Positions 40,419 through 49,578 of a stretch of 59,564 bases of DNA are shown here, one piece after another. The stretch lies in NCBI GenBank assembly GCA_017532425.1, contig JAFXJH010000047.1, positions 1-59,564 on the forward strand, given 5' to 3'. Each line of letters starts with the position of its first letter. Position 1 is the stretch's first letter. The notes under the pieces were generated by a model, which saw only the letters and a list, made by a program, of their open reading frames with translations, did no database searches and had not been told where the DNA came from. Origin of the DNA: Clostridia bacterium (GTDB lineage: Bacteria; Bacillota; Clostridia; Oscillospirales; CAG-272). Both the position numbers and the translations under genes were made by a program.

Positions 40419-42092
40419 ATGGCAAAAAAAGCTGCAAAAAAACTCAAAGTAGCCTGCCTCGGCGGTCTCGGTGAGATCGGAAAGAATCTTACCGTGCTCG
40501 AGTATGGCGATGACATGATCATAATAGACTGCGGAATGGGCTTCCCCGACGACGATATGCTCGGTGTTGACCTCGTTATTCCCGATTTTTCATATCTCAA
40601 AAAGAATGCCGACCGCATCCGCGGTGTCTTTCTCACTCACGGACATGAGGACCACATCGGCTCTATCCCCTATCTTCTCAGCGAGATCGACGTTCCGATA
40701 TACGGCACAAGACTCACGATAGGAATAATAAAATACAAGCTCGAGGAGCACAAGATCCCCTTCAAGCCCCGTCTTTTCTGCGTAGAAGCGGGCGACGTTA
40801 TCGAAGCGGGCGAAATGTTCGTTGAATTTATACATGTAAACCACTCTATTGCCGACGCCTGCGCGCTCGCAATATTCACCCCTCTCGGAACTGTTATCCA
40901 TACAGGCGACTTCAAGCTCGACCTCACTCCCATTGACGGCGAGGTAATGGACCTCACGCGCTTCGGAGAGCTCGGAAAAGAGGGAGTCCTCCTTCTTATG
41001 TGCGAGTCGACTAACGCCGAGCGACCGGGATTCACCCCCTCCGAGAAGACCGTCGGCGAATCTCTCAAGTCTATATTTATGCGCCACCCGAAAAAACGCA
41101 TAGTTATCACCACTTTTTCGTCAAACGTTCACCGCGTACAGCAGATAATCGATATCAGCGTCGCTCACAAGCGCAAGGTGGCCGTTATCGGAAGAAGTAT
41201 GCAGAACATAGTCAGTGCCGCCATCGAGCTCGGATATATGCACGTTCCCGAAGGCGCTATAATCGATATCGGTGACATCAAAAACTACAATCCCGAGAAC
41301 GTGACCGTTATCACCACGGGAAGCCAGGGCGAGCCTATGTCCGCTCTCTACCGTATGGCATTTTCCGACCACGCGAAGTTAAATCTCGGAAACGACGATC
41401 TTGTCGTTATCAGCGCAAATCCGATTCCCGGAAACGAAAAGCTCGTTGACAGACTCATAAATGAGTTTACTAAGAACAACGTCACCGTTTTCCGCGATTC
41501 TTCTGTTGAGATCCACGTTTCGGGTCACGCTTGCCAGGGCGAGCTGAAGCTTCTTCAAGCTCTTGTCAAGCCGAAATATTTTATGCCCGTACACGGCGAG
41601 CACAAGCATCTTGCCGCCAACCGCGACCTTGCAAAATCCATGGGCCAGGATGCCTCCACAATATTTATCGGAGAAAACGGCAAGGTTCTCGAAATATCGT
41701 CGAAAAGCGCAAAATTCAACGGAACAGTCCCCGGCGGAGTGCTCTTCGTTGACGGCTCGGGAGTCGGCGACGTCGGAAACATCGTTCTCCGCGACAGAAA
41801 GCATCTTTCCGAGGAAGGAATCATCGTGGTCGTTGCTTCCGTTTCTCTTGACGAAGGGCTTCTTATGTCCGGACCCGAGATCATCACCCGCGGATTTGTC
41901 TATATGCGCGAATCGGAAGAGCTTATAGCCGAGCTTCGCCGCATTGCATACGAATCGATATACGACGGACTCGACAGCGATTACATCGATTGGGCACAGC
42001 TCAAAAATATGATCAAGGACGATCTTGCGCGTTATATTTATTCCAAGACCAAGCGCCGCCCTATGATCCTTCCTATAATTTTAGATGTTTAA
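40419..42092 (+). CDS. rnj: Ribonuclease J
   Basis: LGGLGEIGKN, THGHEDHIG, HTGDFK, TGSQGEP, HVSGHA, PVHGE. Confidence 0.97.
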   Translation: MAKKAAKKLKVACLGGLGEIGKNLTVLEYGDDMIIIDCGMGFPDDDMLGVDLVIPDFSYLKKNADRIRGVFLTHGHEDHIGSIPYLLSEIDVPIYGTRLTIGIIKYKLEEHKIPFKPRLFCVEAGDVIEAGEMFVEFIHVNHSIADACALAIFTPLGTVIHTGDFKLDLTPIDGEVMDLTRFGELGKEGVLLLMCESTNAERPGFTPSEKTVGESLKSIFMRHPKKRIVITTFSSNVHRVQQIIDISVAHKRKVAVIGRSMQNIVSAAIELGYMHVPEGAIIDIGDIKNYNPENVTVITTGSQGEPMSALYRMAFSDHAKLNLGNDDLVVISANPIPGNEKLVDRLINEFTKNNVTVFRDSSVEIHVSGHACQGELKLLQALVKPKYFMPVHGEHKHLAANRDLAKSMGQDASTIFIGENGKVLEISSKSAKFNGTVPGGVLFVDGSGVGDVGNIVLRDRKHLSEEGIIVVVASVSLDEGLLMSGPEIITRGFVYMRESEELIAELRRIAYESIYDGLDSDYIDWAQLKNMIKDDLARYIYSKTKRRPMILPIILDV

Positions 42093-42099
42093 AAAACAC

Positions 42100-42131
42100 A
42101 AAATCGGCAGAGAAATCTCTGCCGATTTTTG
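42100..42131 (+). terminator. Rho-independent terminator of rnj
   Basis: AAAATCGGCAGAG-AAAT-CTCTGCCGATTTTT. Confidence 0.85.
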
Positions 42132-42139
42132 ATTTTGTT

Positions 42140-42652
42140 TCTTTTCAGTAAAGTTTTTGGGATTCCAAAACGATTTGCAAGCAAATCGTTTTACCCTTCT
42201 TTTCAAAAAGGGTTTAAGCAGGATCCAAGGACAGCGTCCTTGGCAGGGTTTCCAAAGGGACAGAGTCCCTTTAACGAGTTTCGCGCTTTAAGGCACGCGC
42301 GACTCAAGGGCTCCGCCCTTAAGAATCCCGCGAGCTTTTGAAAAAGCTCGACCAAAACTTTTCTAAAACAAGTTTTCCTTTTTCAGTAAAGTTTTTGGGA
42401 TTCCAAAACGATTTGCAAGCAAATCGTTTTACCCTTCTTTTCAAAAAGGGTTTAAGCAGGATCCAAGGACAAAACCGACACTTCGTGTCGTTTAGCAGTT
42501 TCGCTTGCACACAGCCGTGTGCATTTTGCTGACGCAAAACCGCAAACTGTACCCTTCGACTGTTATTTTTTTCTTTTCAGTAAAGTTTTTGAAGTTCTTA
42601 GAAACTTTTTACAAAAAGTTTCTAAGCGGGATCCAAGGGCAGAGTCCTTGGC
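42140..42652. repeat. Mosaic repeat cluster with a 238-bp-period composite unit
   Basis: Copies start at 42150 and 42388; largely the reverse complement of 49650-50010. Confidence 0.9.
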
Positions 42653-42660
42653 AAACCTTC

Positions 42661-43659
42661 TTATCTGTTCTTAACGATAAAGTTCCAGTTGTCGCGGCAC
42701 ATTTCGTCGAGGTTGAGCTTTGCTTCCCAGCCGAGGACTTCCTTTGCCTTGTCGGTGGAAGCATAGCAGGTAGCGATGTCGCCGGGGCGGCGCTCGCCGA
42801 TCTTGTGGTTGACCTTAACGCCGTTTACGCGCTCGAATGCGTTTACAACGTCAAGAACGCTGCTTCCCTTGCCTGTTCCGAGGTTAACGGTGAGAACACC
42901 CTTGTTTGCTTCAAGATACTTGAGCGCGGAGATGTGTCCCTCTGCGAGGTCAACTACGTGGATGTAGTCGCGTACGCCCGTTCCATCGGGAGTATCGTAG
43001 TCGTTACCGTAAACCGTGAGGCAAGCGAGACGTCCGTCTGCAACGCGGCAGATGTAGGGCATAAGGTTGTTCGGGATTCCGTTGGGGTCTTCGCCGAGAA
43101 GTCCGCTTTCGTGCGCACCGATCGGGTTGAAGTAACGGAGAAGAGCTACAGACATTTCGGGATTTGCATATGCGATATCCTTGAGCATAATTTCCTGCAT
43201 AAACTTGGTCTGACCGTAGGGGTTTGTTGCAGAAGTGGGCATTTCCTCTGTGTAAGGAGCTGTGTTGTTCATTCCGTAAACGGTTGCAGAGGAGGAGAAT
43301 ACGATCCTGTTGCATCCGTACTTCTTCATAACCTTGCAGAGAACGAGAGTTCCGAAGATGTTGTTGGAGTAATATTCGAGAGGCTTTGCAACGCTTTCGC
43401 CTACTGCCTTGAGTCCGGCAAAGTGGATAACTGCTTCGATCTCGTTTTCGCTGAAGATCTTTTCGAGTGCTTCCTCGTCGCAAACGTCTGCATTGTAGAA
43501 CTTGGGATATACGCCGCAGATCTGCTCGATCTTTCCGAGTACGCTTTCCTTGGAGTTAATAAGGTTGTCGACGATGATAGGCTCGTATCCGTTCTTTACA
43601 AGCTCTACGACTGTGTGCGAACCGATATATCCGGTTCCGCCTGTTACAAGAATTTTCAT
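42661..43659 (-). CDS. galE: UDP-glucose 4-epimerase
   Basis: TGGTGYIGSH, FSSSATVYG, YGQTK, LRYFNPIGAH, RDYIHV. Confidence 0.97.
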   Translation of the reverse strand: MKILVTGGTGYIGSHTVVELVKNGYEPIIVDNLINSKESVLGKIEQICGVYPKFYNADVCDEEALEKIFSENEIEAVIHFAGLKAVGESVAKPLEYYSNNIFGTLVLCKVMKKYGCNRIVFSSSATVYGMNNTAPYTEEMPTSATNPYGQTKFMQEIMLKDIAYANPEMSVALLRYFNPIGAHESGLLGEDPNGIPNNLMPYICRVADGRLACLTVYGNDYDTPDGTGVRDYIHVVDLAEGHISALKYLEANKGVLTVNLGTGKGSSVLDVVNAFERVNGVKVNHKIGERRPGDIATCYASTDKAKEVLGWEAKLNLDEMCRDNWNFIVKNR

Positions 43660-43692
43660 TTTGGTAATTCCTTTCGTTTCAGATAATTATTT

Positions 43693-44538
43693 TCAAATAT
43701 TATTAATTACTTCTTTAAGTGCGCTTACAGCGGCAGAAAATGCGGTGCGGTTGTCCGGATAGCCGTACTCGTAATGCTCGGAAAGACCCGACTCTTTTCC
43801 TTCAAGTCCCGCAAGACCGGAGAAGACCTTGAGGTGAGGCTCCAGTGTGAGCACCTTCGTTTCGTTCTCGCTTGCAAACATACCGAGTATTTCGGGAATA
43901 TGTCCCGTTCCCTTGCCTGCGGGCACGATACTTCCGTTTTCAAGCGCGTCCTTTATGTGCATATACTTAACGTACTTTCCGAGCATTTCCCAGGCTTCAA
44001 GGGTATTCTGACCGACCTGAACAAAGTTTGCGGGGTCGAATATTGCGGGCAGCTCGGGAAGAGCCTTGTGTATTTTAAGGCAGCGGGGAGCGGTATCGCC
44101 GAATATTCCCTTTTCGTTTTCGTGGCAGATAGTCACGCCCGAGCCCTTTGCGTATTCGCAGAATTTTCCGAGGCGCTCGATAGCTTCGTTTTCCTTCTCC
44201 TCGGTATCGACCTCGAAGAAGCTGAAGAGTCTGAAGGATTTTGCCTCAAGAATATCCGCGTATTCCATAGTTTTCTTGAATTTATCGAAATGCTTATCGA
44301 AATCGTCGGTGATCTTTACCTTTCCTATCGGAGAGCCTATCGACCAGACCTTGATCCCGCCGTTGTCGAGCAAATATTTAGCGGCTTTTACCTCGCCCTT
44401 CGTCATATCGGAAATATTTCTTCCGTTGACTCCTCTGATCTCAAGCATTTCAACGCCGTTTTCCTTCATTGCGTCGATCTGCTCGTGAAGAAGCTCGCTC
44501 GCTTCATCGGCAAATGCACTGAGTACAAATTTTTTCAT
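43693..44538 (-). CDS. Sugar phosphate isomerase/epimerase (TIM barrel)
   Basis: SAFADE, GSPIGK, HENEKGI, FDPANF, HIKDA, LEPHL. Confidence 0.82.
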   Translation of the reverse strand: MKKFVLSAFADEASELLHEQIDAMKENGVEMLEIRGVNGRNISDMTKGEVKAAKYLLDNGGIKVWSIGSPIGKVKITDDFDKHFDKFKKTMEYADILEAKSFRLFSFFEVDTEEKENEAIERLGKFCEYAKGSGVTICHENEKGIFGDTAPRCLKIHKALPELPAIFDPANFVQVGQNTLEAWEMLGKYVKYMHIKDALENGSIVPAGKGTGHIPEILGMFASENETKVLTLEPHLKVFSGLAGLEGKESGLSEHYEYGYPDNRTAFSAAVSALKEVINNI

Positions 44539-44574
44539 CTTATTTATTCCTTTCAAAAGCTCCGAAACGAAGCG

Positions 44575-46632
44575 TTAAATAGATTTCAGCTCAATATATA
44601 CCGCGCTGTTATCCTCGGGAAGAGTAACCTTTATACCGCTGTCCGTCATTTTCACAGTCGCCTTTGTGTTTGACGGATAAAGCACTTTCGCGCTCATATT
44701 CTTCACGTTTTCGATCGGTATATCAAGCTCTGACAGATCCGATCCGAGACGCCATACGGCAAGTCTTATATCATTACCTATACGGTATGCGCTACAGAAA
44801 TTCTTGTCCGAATACTGCGGTACTCCGAGCGGATAGAAGGGTATCGCTTCGGATATACCGTCGCGTGTTGCCTTATAGCAATCTATCGCCTCTTTTACGA
44901 GAGCCTTTTTATCATCCTGCCATCCGAATATCTCTCCCGAAAGGTGGATACGCAGAGGAAGTGCGTTTACCATATTGACTACAAAAGCATTTTCGTCATC
45001 TGCTATGATCGGATACGCCCAGACAGCCGCCTGCTCGGGGAGCACAGCCGTAGCCGCTGCCGCCGCAACGTGCGAGGTGATCTTATAATCCTGCTGGTCG
45101 CTCGTAGACTGCACGTCTGCGATCGAAAGCTGACAGTAATCCATTCTCATACCGCCGCTCGCACAGTTTTCCCATACGAGAGACGGGTGACGAAGCTTCA
45201 TTTCCTCGATCCACGCTCTATACGCGCGGTTATGACCGAGAAGTCCGTCGCCGACGCTGTCCGAATCGACTTGCGTGCCCAGACCCGCTTCTATATTATA
45301 GTCATTCTTTATATACTGCACGCCGTAATCTTTTACAACGCGGTCAAGCGTCCTTGTTGCGTGTTCTCTTACCTTGGGACTTCTGAAATCAAGCTGATAT
45401 CTTCCGCTGTCGATAACTCTTCTGCCGTGACGCATAAAGAAGCAGTCGTCGTCAAATTCCTTGACAAGCGGACAGTTTATACCCATAACCTCAATTTCAA
45501 GCCATATTCCGGGGATCATTCCCTTTTCTCTGATATAATCGAAGATCTTTTTCAGACCGTTCGGGAAGCGCTTTTTGCTTTCCTGCCACTCTCCGACAGA
45601 ATCCCACCACGCGCCGTCTGCATACCAGCCCGCGTCCATACAGTAATATTCCGCGCCCATCTCGGCGGCAAGGTCTATTATCGGAAGCTCGTTTTCTTCG
45701 GTAGGCTCAGCCATAAGGCAGTTCATATAGTCGTTGAATATTACGGGGAGCTTTTTGTCCGTTTCGCTCTTGTTTATTATTTTTCTGCGGTATTTCGTAA
45801 GTTCTTCAAGCGCTTTGTCGAAATTCTCGCCAAGCGAAACACAGACCTTTACGCTCTCAAAGCACTCTCCCTTGCCAAGCTCCTTATGCCACTGATTCTC
45901 CTGTTCGGTAGGGCCGCTTAGGCAGAAATACATCATATTTGCCGCATCGCTTATTTCCCATTGCCACGAGCCGTTATTTTCTATCTGCCAGAGGAAGGTG
46001 TTTTCTGTCTGAGTATTCAGTACCGCGCCCATCGGAAGGAAATCCTTTGCCGACCAGGTACCCGAGTTCGATACCGATATCTTTTTCCAGGATATAGCAC
46101 CGCATCTCTCGTATCCGAGATCGGACAGCGTATGCGTTTTCCAGTTTGCCTCCTTACACCACGCGTTATGCGCTATCATTACGCGGATCTTCTCGTCAAG
46201 AGGCTTGTCTCCGCCGTCAAATCCGTTATAAACGAAGGATGAAACGTACTCAAGACCGACGCTCTCATCCGAAATATTCTGAACACTCGTCCAAGCGCGC
46301 ACGCACGCGATACCGTTATAAAACTGATAATGAAGTGTTACGTTGACCCTTCCGTCGGAAAGAAGCATTTCGAGCTTATTTCCCTCTTTATTTTCAAAAT
46401 ATTTATGAGAAACATATTTCAGATCACGGCTTCCCGACGTTCCGTTATGCTTTCCGAAGCTATGGTCACAATTATTGACTCCGGTAAGCTGAAGCTGAAC
46501 GGGAGAAAAATGCGGGCCACTCTTTTCGGCAGTATTTTTCGGAGCGTTTTTGGAAAACTCCAGGAAAACGACCGACTTATCTTCTTTTACGTCAAATATT
46601 AAATTTATACCGTTTTGTGAGAAGTCAAGCAT
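44575..46632 (-). CDS. Alpha-galactosidase, GH36
   Basis: FNDYMNCL, MDAGWY, YIKNDYN, ENCASGG.R.D, STSDQ; ATG at 46632 follows GAGGT (ORF track starts at 46647). Confidence 0.88.
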   Translation of the reverse strand: MLDFSQNGINLIFDVKEDKSVVFLEFSKNAPKNTAEKSGPHFSPVQLQLTGVNNCDHSFGKHNGTSGSRDLKYVSHKYFENKEGNKLEMLLSDGRVNVTLHYQFYNGIACVRAWTSVQNISDESVGLEYVSSFVYNGFDGGDKPLDEKIRVMIAHNAWCKEANWKTHTLSDLGYERCGAISWKKISVSNSGTWSAKDFLPMGAVLNTQTENTFLWQIENNGSWQWEISDAANMMYFCLSGPTEQENQWHKELGKGECFESVKVCVSLGENFDKALEELTKYRRKIINKSETDKKLPVIFNDYMNCLMAEPTEENELPIIDLAAEMGAEYYCMDAGWYADGAWWDSVGEWQESKKRFPNGLKKIFDYIREKGMIPGIWLEIEVMGINCPLVKEFDDDCFFMRHGRRVIDSGRYQLDFRSPKVREHATRTLDRVVKDYGVQYIKNDYNIEAGLGTQVDSDSVGDGLLGHNRAYRAWIEEMKLRHPSLVWENCASGGMRMDYCQLSIADVQSTSDQQDYKITSHVAAAAATAVLPEQAAVWAYPIIADDENAFVVNMVNALPLRIHLSGEIFGWQDDKKALVKEAIDCYKATRDGISEAIPFYPLGVPQYSDKNFCSAYRIGNDIRLAVWRLGSDLSELDIPIENVKNMSAKVLYPSNTKATVKMTDSGIKVTLPEDNSAVYIELKSI

Positions 46633-46663
46633 AGTATTATACCTCATAAAAATATAAATATCC

Positions 46664-47053
46664 GAAACCGAGCCTGTAAGCCGGGTTCTGTCCGGGTCGG
46701 CGGAAATTTTGCCGACCTCGAGCTGTCATCTATCTTGTCCGTACGTTGCCGTACGGCTCTGTGCCACCTGACAAAGCATATGCCGTGCAGACATCGGCAT
46801 TTCTGCCGGTTTGCGCAGGTGTTGCACCGGATAGGGTTTACAGTGACGCACAAAGTTACCAATGTGCCGGTGAGCTCTTACCTCGCCTTTCCATCCTTAC
46901 CTTCCCGAAAACGGGCGGGCGGTTTATTTCTGTTGCACTTTCCCTGAGGTCACCCTCGGCGGACGTTATCCGTTATCCTGCACTGCGGTGCCCGGACTTT
47001 CCTCACGGTAATACCTTTCGGCGACATACCGCGCGACAGCACAGCTCGGTTCC
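46664..47053 (-). ncRNA. rnpB: RNase P RNA, bacterial type A
   Basis: GAGGAAAGUCCGGGC, GAAAGUGCAACAGAAA, GGUAAGAGCUCACC, ACAGAACCCGGCUUAC; P1 GAACCGAGC/GCUCGGUUUC. Confidence 0.95.
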
Positions 47054-47060
47054 ACCCTAC

Positions 47061-47089
47061 ATTATAACGCACGTTAGCCCTTTTGTCAA
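47061..47089 (-). promoter_or_regulatory. rnpB promoter
   Basis: Perfect TTGACA-N17-TATAAT about 7 nt upstream of the RNA 5' end. Confidence 0.85.
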
Positions 47090-47257
47090 ATACAAATTTA
47101 ACAAAAGCTCTCTTTTTTTCGTTTATTTTCCCACGTCACGGACATTTAGCAGAAAATTTGCGAAAAATACTTAAAATTGTTAATACGTTGTTCATAAGCA
47201 AGAGATAATATACGTATATAATTATATTTAATATTTATCATTCAACACGGAGACCAT

Positions 47258-48142
47258 ATGTTAAACAACGAAATAAAAATAAACAAAAATTACTATCCGA
47301 GAGCGCCCCTCATTTCCGCGCTTTTATATGCGGTGCTGTATTTTCTCTTCTACTATATAGCAAGAGTTATCATCTTCAACGCCGCGTACATTTACTTTGT
47401 TTCAGCCTGCGGCGGCGACCTTGAAGCGGGCGAAAAAATGTATTTCGACAATGCGAATATGCTCTCGCTCATTTCGGGAATAGTCATACTCGCCCTTCTT
47501 GCCGTTTTCTTTGCTTTTCGCAAAAAGAAGCTCTCTACCGCCTTTTATCTTAACAAAAGCCGCGCCTCTGTGATACTCATCTGCTTCTTTGCGGGTATAG
47601 CGCTGAATTTTATGACTACTCTGATAATTTCGTATCTTCCCCCGAGTCTGCTCGAATCCTATGAAGATGCAAGCTCTGTAACTATGCAGGGCGAGTCTCT
47701 CTGGTATATACTTGCCGCCGTCGTTATGGCGCCCATACTCGAAGAGGTCATATTCCGCGCAATGATGCTGTCAAGGATCTCTACCGCCACCGGAAACGTC
47801 CTTGCCATAATACTCTCATCCGCAGTTTTCGGAGCCGTCCACGGACATATCGTATGGTCGACCTACGCCTTTATTTTAGGTTGCTTCCTCGGAACTGTTT
47901 TCGTACGCACGCGCTCTGTCAAAGCAAGCATAGCGACTCATTTCGGATTCAATATCGTATCGCTTATCTCCTATATAAACATAGAATCTGCGTCGCAGAT
48001 CATGCAGACCCTATTCAACACGGCGATGTCGCTCTGCTACAGTCTGTCCGTACCCCTGTCAATAACCTTTGTGATCGTTCTTTTCCATGAAACCGCCGAC
48101 ACAGCAAGTCCCATGCCCGTCGGATTCGAGGGACAATTATAA
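47258..48142 (+). CDS. CPBP (CAAX/Abi) family intramembrane metalloprotease
   Basis: APILEEVIFR, FGAVH, THFGFN; multiple TM helices. Confidence 0.88.
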   Translation: MLNNEIKINKNYYPRAPLISALLYAVLYFLFYYIARVIIFNAAYIYFVSACGGDLEAGEKMYFDNANMLSLISGIVILALLAVFFAFRKKKLSTAFYLNKSRASVILICFFAGIALNFMTTLIISYLPPSLLESYEDASSVTMQGESLWYILAAVVMAPILEEVIFRAMMLSRISTATGNVLAIILSSAVFGAVHGHIVWSTYAFILGCFLGTVFVRTRSVKASIATHFGFNIVSLISYINIESASQIMQTLFNTAMSLCYSLSVPLSITFVIVLFHETADTASPMPVGFEGQL

Positions 48143-48169
48143 TACTAAAAAACAAAACGGAGCATTCAA

Positions 48170-48682
48170 ATGAAAACCGAGCTTATCGCGCAAAGACGTC
48201 AATTACTCAAAAAACGATTTATTTCGAGTATGATACAGCTATACGCAGTTTTAGCCGTCACAGCCTACAACTGTGTTGCTGAGATCGTGCTTCCCGGATT
48301 TGTTCTCCCCGTTTCCTTTTATATTCCGCAGTTTATAGCATCTTACGCAAAATTTTTATCAAAATCGGGCGAAAGCCGCGCACTTTTTAGTTTACTTGTA
48401 ATACTTTCCTTTGTTCTTGTTCTTTTTATTGCATTCTGTCTTATTTTTGCACGCCGAAACTACAAGCTTCTTAAATTTATAAACGTTCTCGCCTCCGTGG
48501 ACATTGTAATGCTCATATATTTCGGAATATCCACCCTCTTTACCACCGGATGGCAACCCTTTTTTGTCATAAATATTTTTCTCCACATATGGATACTCTT
48601 CACCTCGGCGACTGCCTGCCGCGCTTCCGAAGGACTCGAGGTTCTTCCCGAATCGGACGAAGAGTCTGACAGCGACGATTAA
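48170..48682 (+). CDS. Hypothetical membrane protein
   Basis: RBS GGAG; about 4 hydrophobic helices. Confidence 0.7.
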   Translation: MKTELIAQRRQLLKKRFISSMIQLYAVLAVTAYNCVAEIVLPGFVLPVSFYIPQFIASYAKFLSKSGESRALFSLLVILSFVLVLFIAFCLIFARRNYKLLKFINVLASVDIVMLIYFGISTLFTTGWQPFFVINIFLHIWILFTSATACRASEGLEVLPESDEESDSDD

Positions 48683-48732
48683 TTTTTTATTTCATACAGT
48701 CCAAACGAACTACAAGAATTCAAACGAAAAGG

Positions 48733-49572
48733 ATGGCAAAAGCTATGACTAATCGCAAACTTGCACTCGGAATCGGAGTCGGATATCAGGATTCCTTTGA
48801 AAACACGGTAAAGTTCACAAAATCCGCCGGATTTGACGGTTGCTTCACCGGTTGCAACCGCGACGGCTCTGATATCGCAGAAATGGCAGAGACAATCGCC
48901 AAAAACGGTCTTATCTATCAGTCTGTGCACTCTCCCTTTACAAATGTTCATCATCTTTGGGAGGAAGGCGAAGAGGGTGAGCATCAGACCGATCTTCTTA
49001 TCAGCTGTCTGAACGCCTGTCAGCGCTCCGACGTCCCGATAATGATCGTTCATCCCATAATCGGAATGGACCGACACACTCCTAACGATCTCGGCATCAA
49101 GCGTTTTGCTCGCCTTGTCGAAGCCGCAGAAAAAACAAACGTTATGCTCGCTTTTGAGAACGTAGAAAATCTCGAATATCTCGATAAGATCTTCGCCGAT
49201 CTCGGAAATTCCTCTTCTGTCGGACTCTGCTGGGACACCGGACACGAAATGTGCTACAACTTCCACACCGACATTCCCGGACGCTTTCCCGGCAAGCTTA
49301 TTGCCACTCACTTCAACGACAATCTCGGTATTACCGATCCCGCAAACGTGACCTGGCACGATGACGCGCATCTTCTCCCCACCGACGGTATCGCCGACTG
49401 GGCAGGCATTATGCGCCGCATTGAGCGCGAAAACTACAGTGGCATCATCACCTTCGAGATCACCCGCAACAACAAGCCCGACCGTCACACACACGACATC
49501 TACGACGGTCTCGATCACGAAGCCTTCATCGCCCTCGCCTACGAAAAAGCCTGCAAGGTTGTAAGTATGTAA
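48733..49572 (+). CDS. Sugar phosphate isomerase/epimerase (TIM barrel)
   Basis: VHSPF, AFEN, CWDTGH, THFNDN, DAHLLP.DG, TFE; start may be 48745. Confidence 0.82.
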   Translation: MAKAMTNRKLALGIGVGYQDSFENTVKFTKSAGFDGCFTGCNRDGSDIAEMAETIAKNGLIYQSVHSPFTNVHHLWEEGEEGEHQTDLLISCLNACQRSDVPIMIVHPIIGMDRHTPNDLGIKRFARLVEAAEKTNVMLAFENVENLEYLDKIFADLGNSSSVGLCWDTGHEMCYNFHTDIPGRFPGKLIATHFNDNLGITDPANVTWHDDAHLLPTDGIADWAGIMRRIERENYSGIITFEITRNNKPDRHTHDIYDGLDHEAFIALAYEKACKVVSM

Positions 49573-49578
49573 GGGAAC

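Noticed and set aside
47258-48682. CPBP/Abi protease plus membrane protein as an anti-phage or bacteriocin-immunity system
   Set aside because: A widespread family with host-like composition and no bacteriocin or defence neighbours
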